From a virus, in UHGV virus genome UHGV-0242293: DNA of 15,761 nucleotides. One strand, 5' to 3'. The notes beneath the pieces are model-generated. The model was not told where the DNA came from and ran no database searches. It worked only from the letters and a program-made list of their open reading frames with translations. Below are positions 15,269 through 15,761 of the stretch, one piece after another. The position numbers and the translations under genes are program-made. Each line of letters starts with the position of its first letter. Position 1 is the stretch's first letter.

Positions 15269-15472
15269 ATGAACAATAACAGTAAGAAAACTTTGAGTAA
15301 GAAAAGAACCAAGAAAGCCAAAAAGAAGTCGCTTACCCCTGAACAAAAAGCATTGCAAGCAGAACAAGCAGCAAAAAAAGCGCAAATTATAGAGAATAGG
15401 CGCTCTATTACAGCTCATGCTATTAATCTTTTTCAGCAATATACAGCACTCCGTAAAAAAGGATTGTCGTAA
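15269..15472 (+). CDS. Hypothetical small, very basic, Lys-rich protein (67 aa)
   Basis: ORF with an AAAGG Shine-Dalgarno 8 nt upstream of the ATG. Product MNNNSKKTLSKKRTKKAKKKSLTPEQKALQAEQAAKK... AT-rich context. Confidence 0.4.
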   Translation: MNNNSKKTLSKKRTKKAKKKSLTPEQKALQAEQAAKKAQIIENRRSITAHAINLFQQYTALRKKGLS

Positions 15473-15761
15473 ATGCCACTCTATAGCACTATCTTTTATA
15501 TGTATCTCGCAGACAGGGCATACAATAAGCCCCATAGATGTTACAGGTAGCTTTTTGCCACCGATTAAGCGTAATGTATTTGCATTCTGGTTATGTACTT
15601 TCTTTTGGTTCCTAACAATGAAACAATCAGAAGCGTGGAAACTCGCGACTGATGAAGAATCTAGTATGACTTTTTTAAGCAATCAGTACATAAGTCCATT
15701 AACATCACACGAACCCAATAATGAAATATCTCTTATCATGGATGGAACGGATATAGCCATT

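Noticed and set aside
15254-15682. ORF 15254..15682 (-), 142 aa
   Set aside because: Cys- and Phe-rich, low-complexity translation antisense to the Lys-rich plus-strand ORF; looks like an AT-rich frame artefact.
1-15761. CRISPR arrays, tRNA or rRNA genes, integrase or attachment sites, IS elements
   Set aside because: No regularly spaced direct repeats, no cloverleaf-like candidates, no integrase-like ORF and no terminal inverted repeats were seen. The int and att end of a P2-like prophage would lie outside this window.

Overview
This window is the left arm of a P2-like (Peduovirus-type) prophage of an enterobacterium, plus accessory cargo on both sides of the phage cos site. No search tools were run: gene calls rest on the supplied ORF translations compared from memory with phage P2 proteins, and on motifs read directly from the sequence. 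Positions ~570-10438 hold a conserved, GC-rich late-gene block: V, S, R, lysC/lysB/lysA, K, Y, X, L, M, N, O on the minus strand and P, Q on the plus strand. The 19-nt P2 cohesive-end sequence sits at 12701-12719. Two AT-rich cargo modules flank cos. Between Q and cos (10440-12700) is a minus-strand retron-like operon: a structured ncRNA candidate, a retron-type reverse transcriptase, and a translationally coupled two-transmembrane-helix effector. On the other side of cos (12926-14470, plus strand), where P2 carries tin/old, is a second, unrelated ~514-aa reverse transcriptase with Abi-like features (proposed Abi-P2 family). Small unassigned ORFs and a palindromic site follow to the window end. 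The left edge is rearranged: gene W is truncated after ~55 codons and fused to an inverted, diverged fragment of gene V, then to AT-rich foreign DNA, so the tail-fibre and sheath side of the prophage is missing or displaced here.
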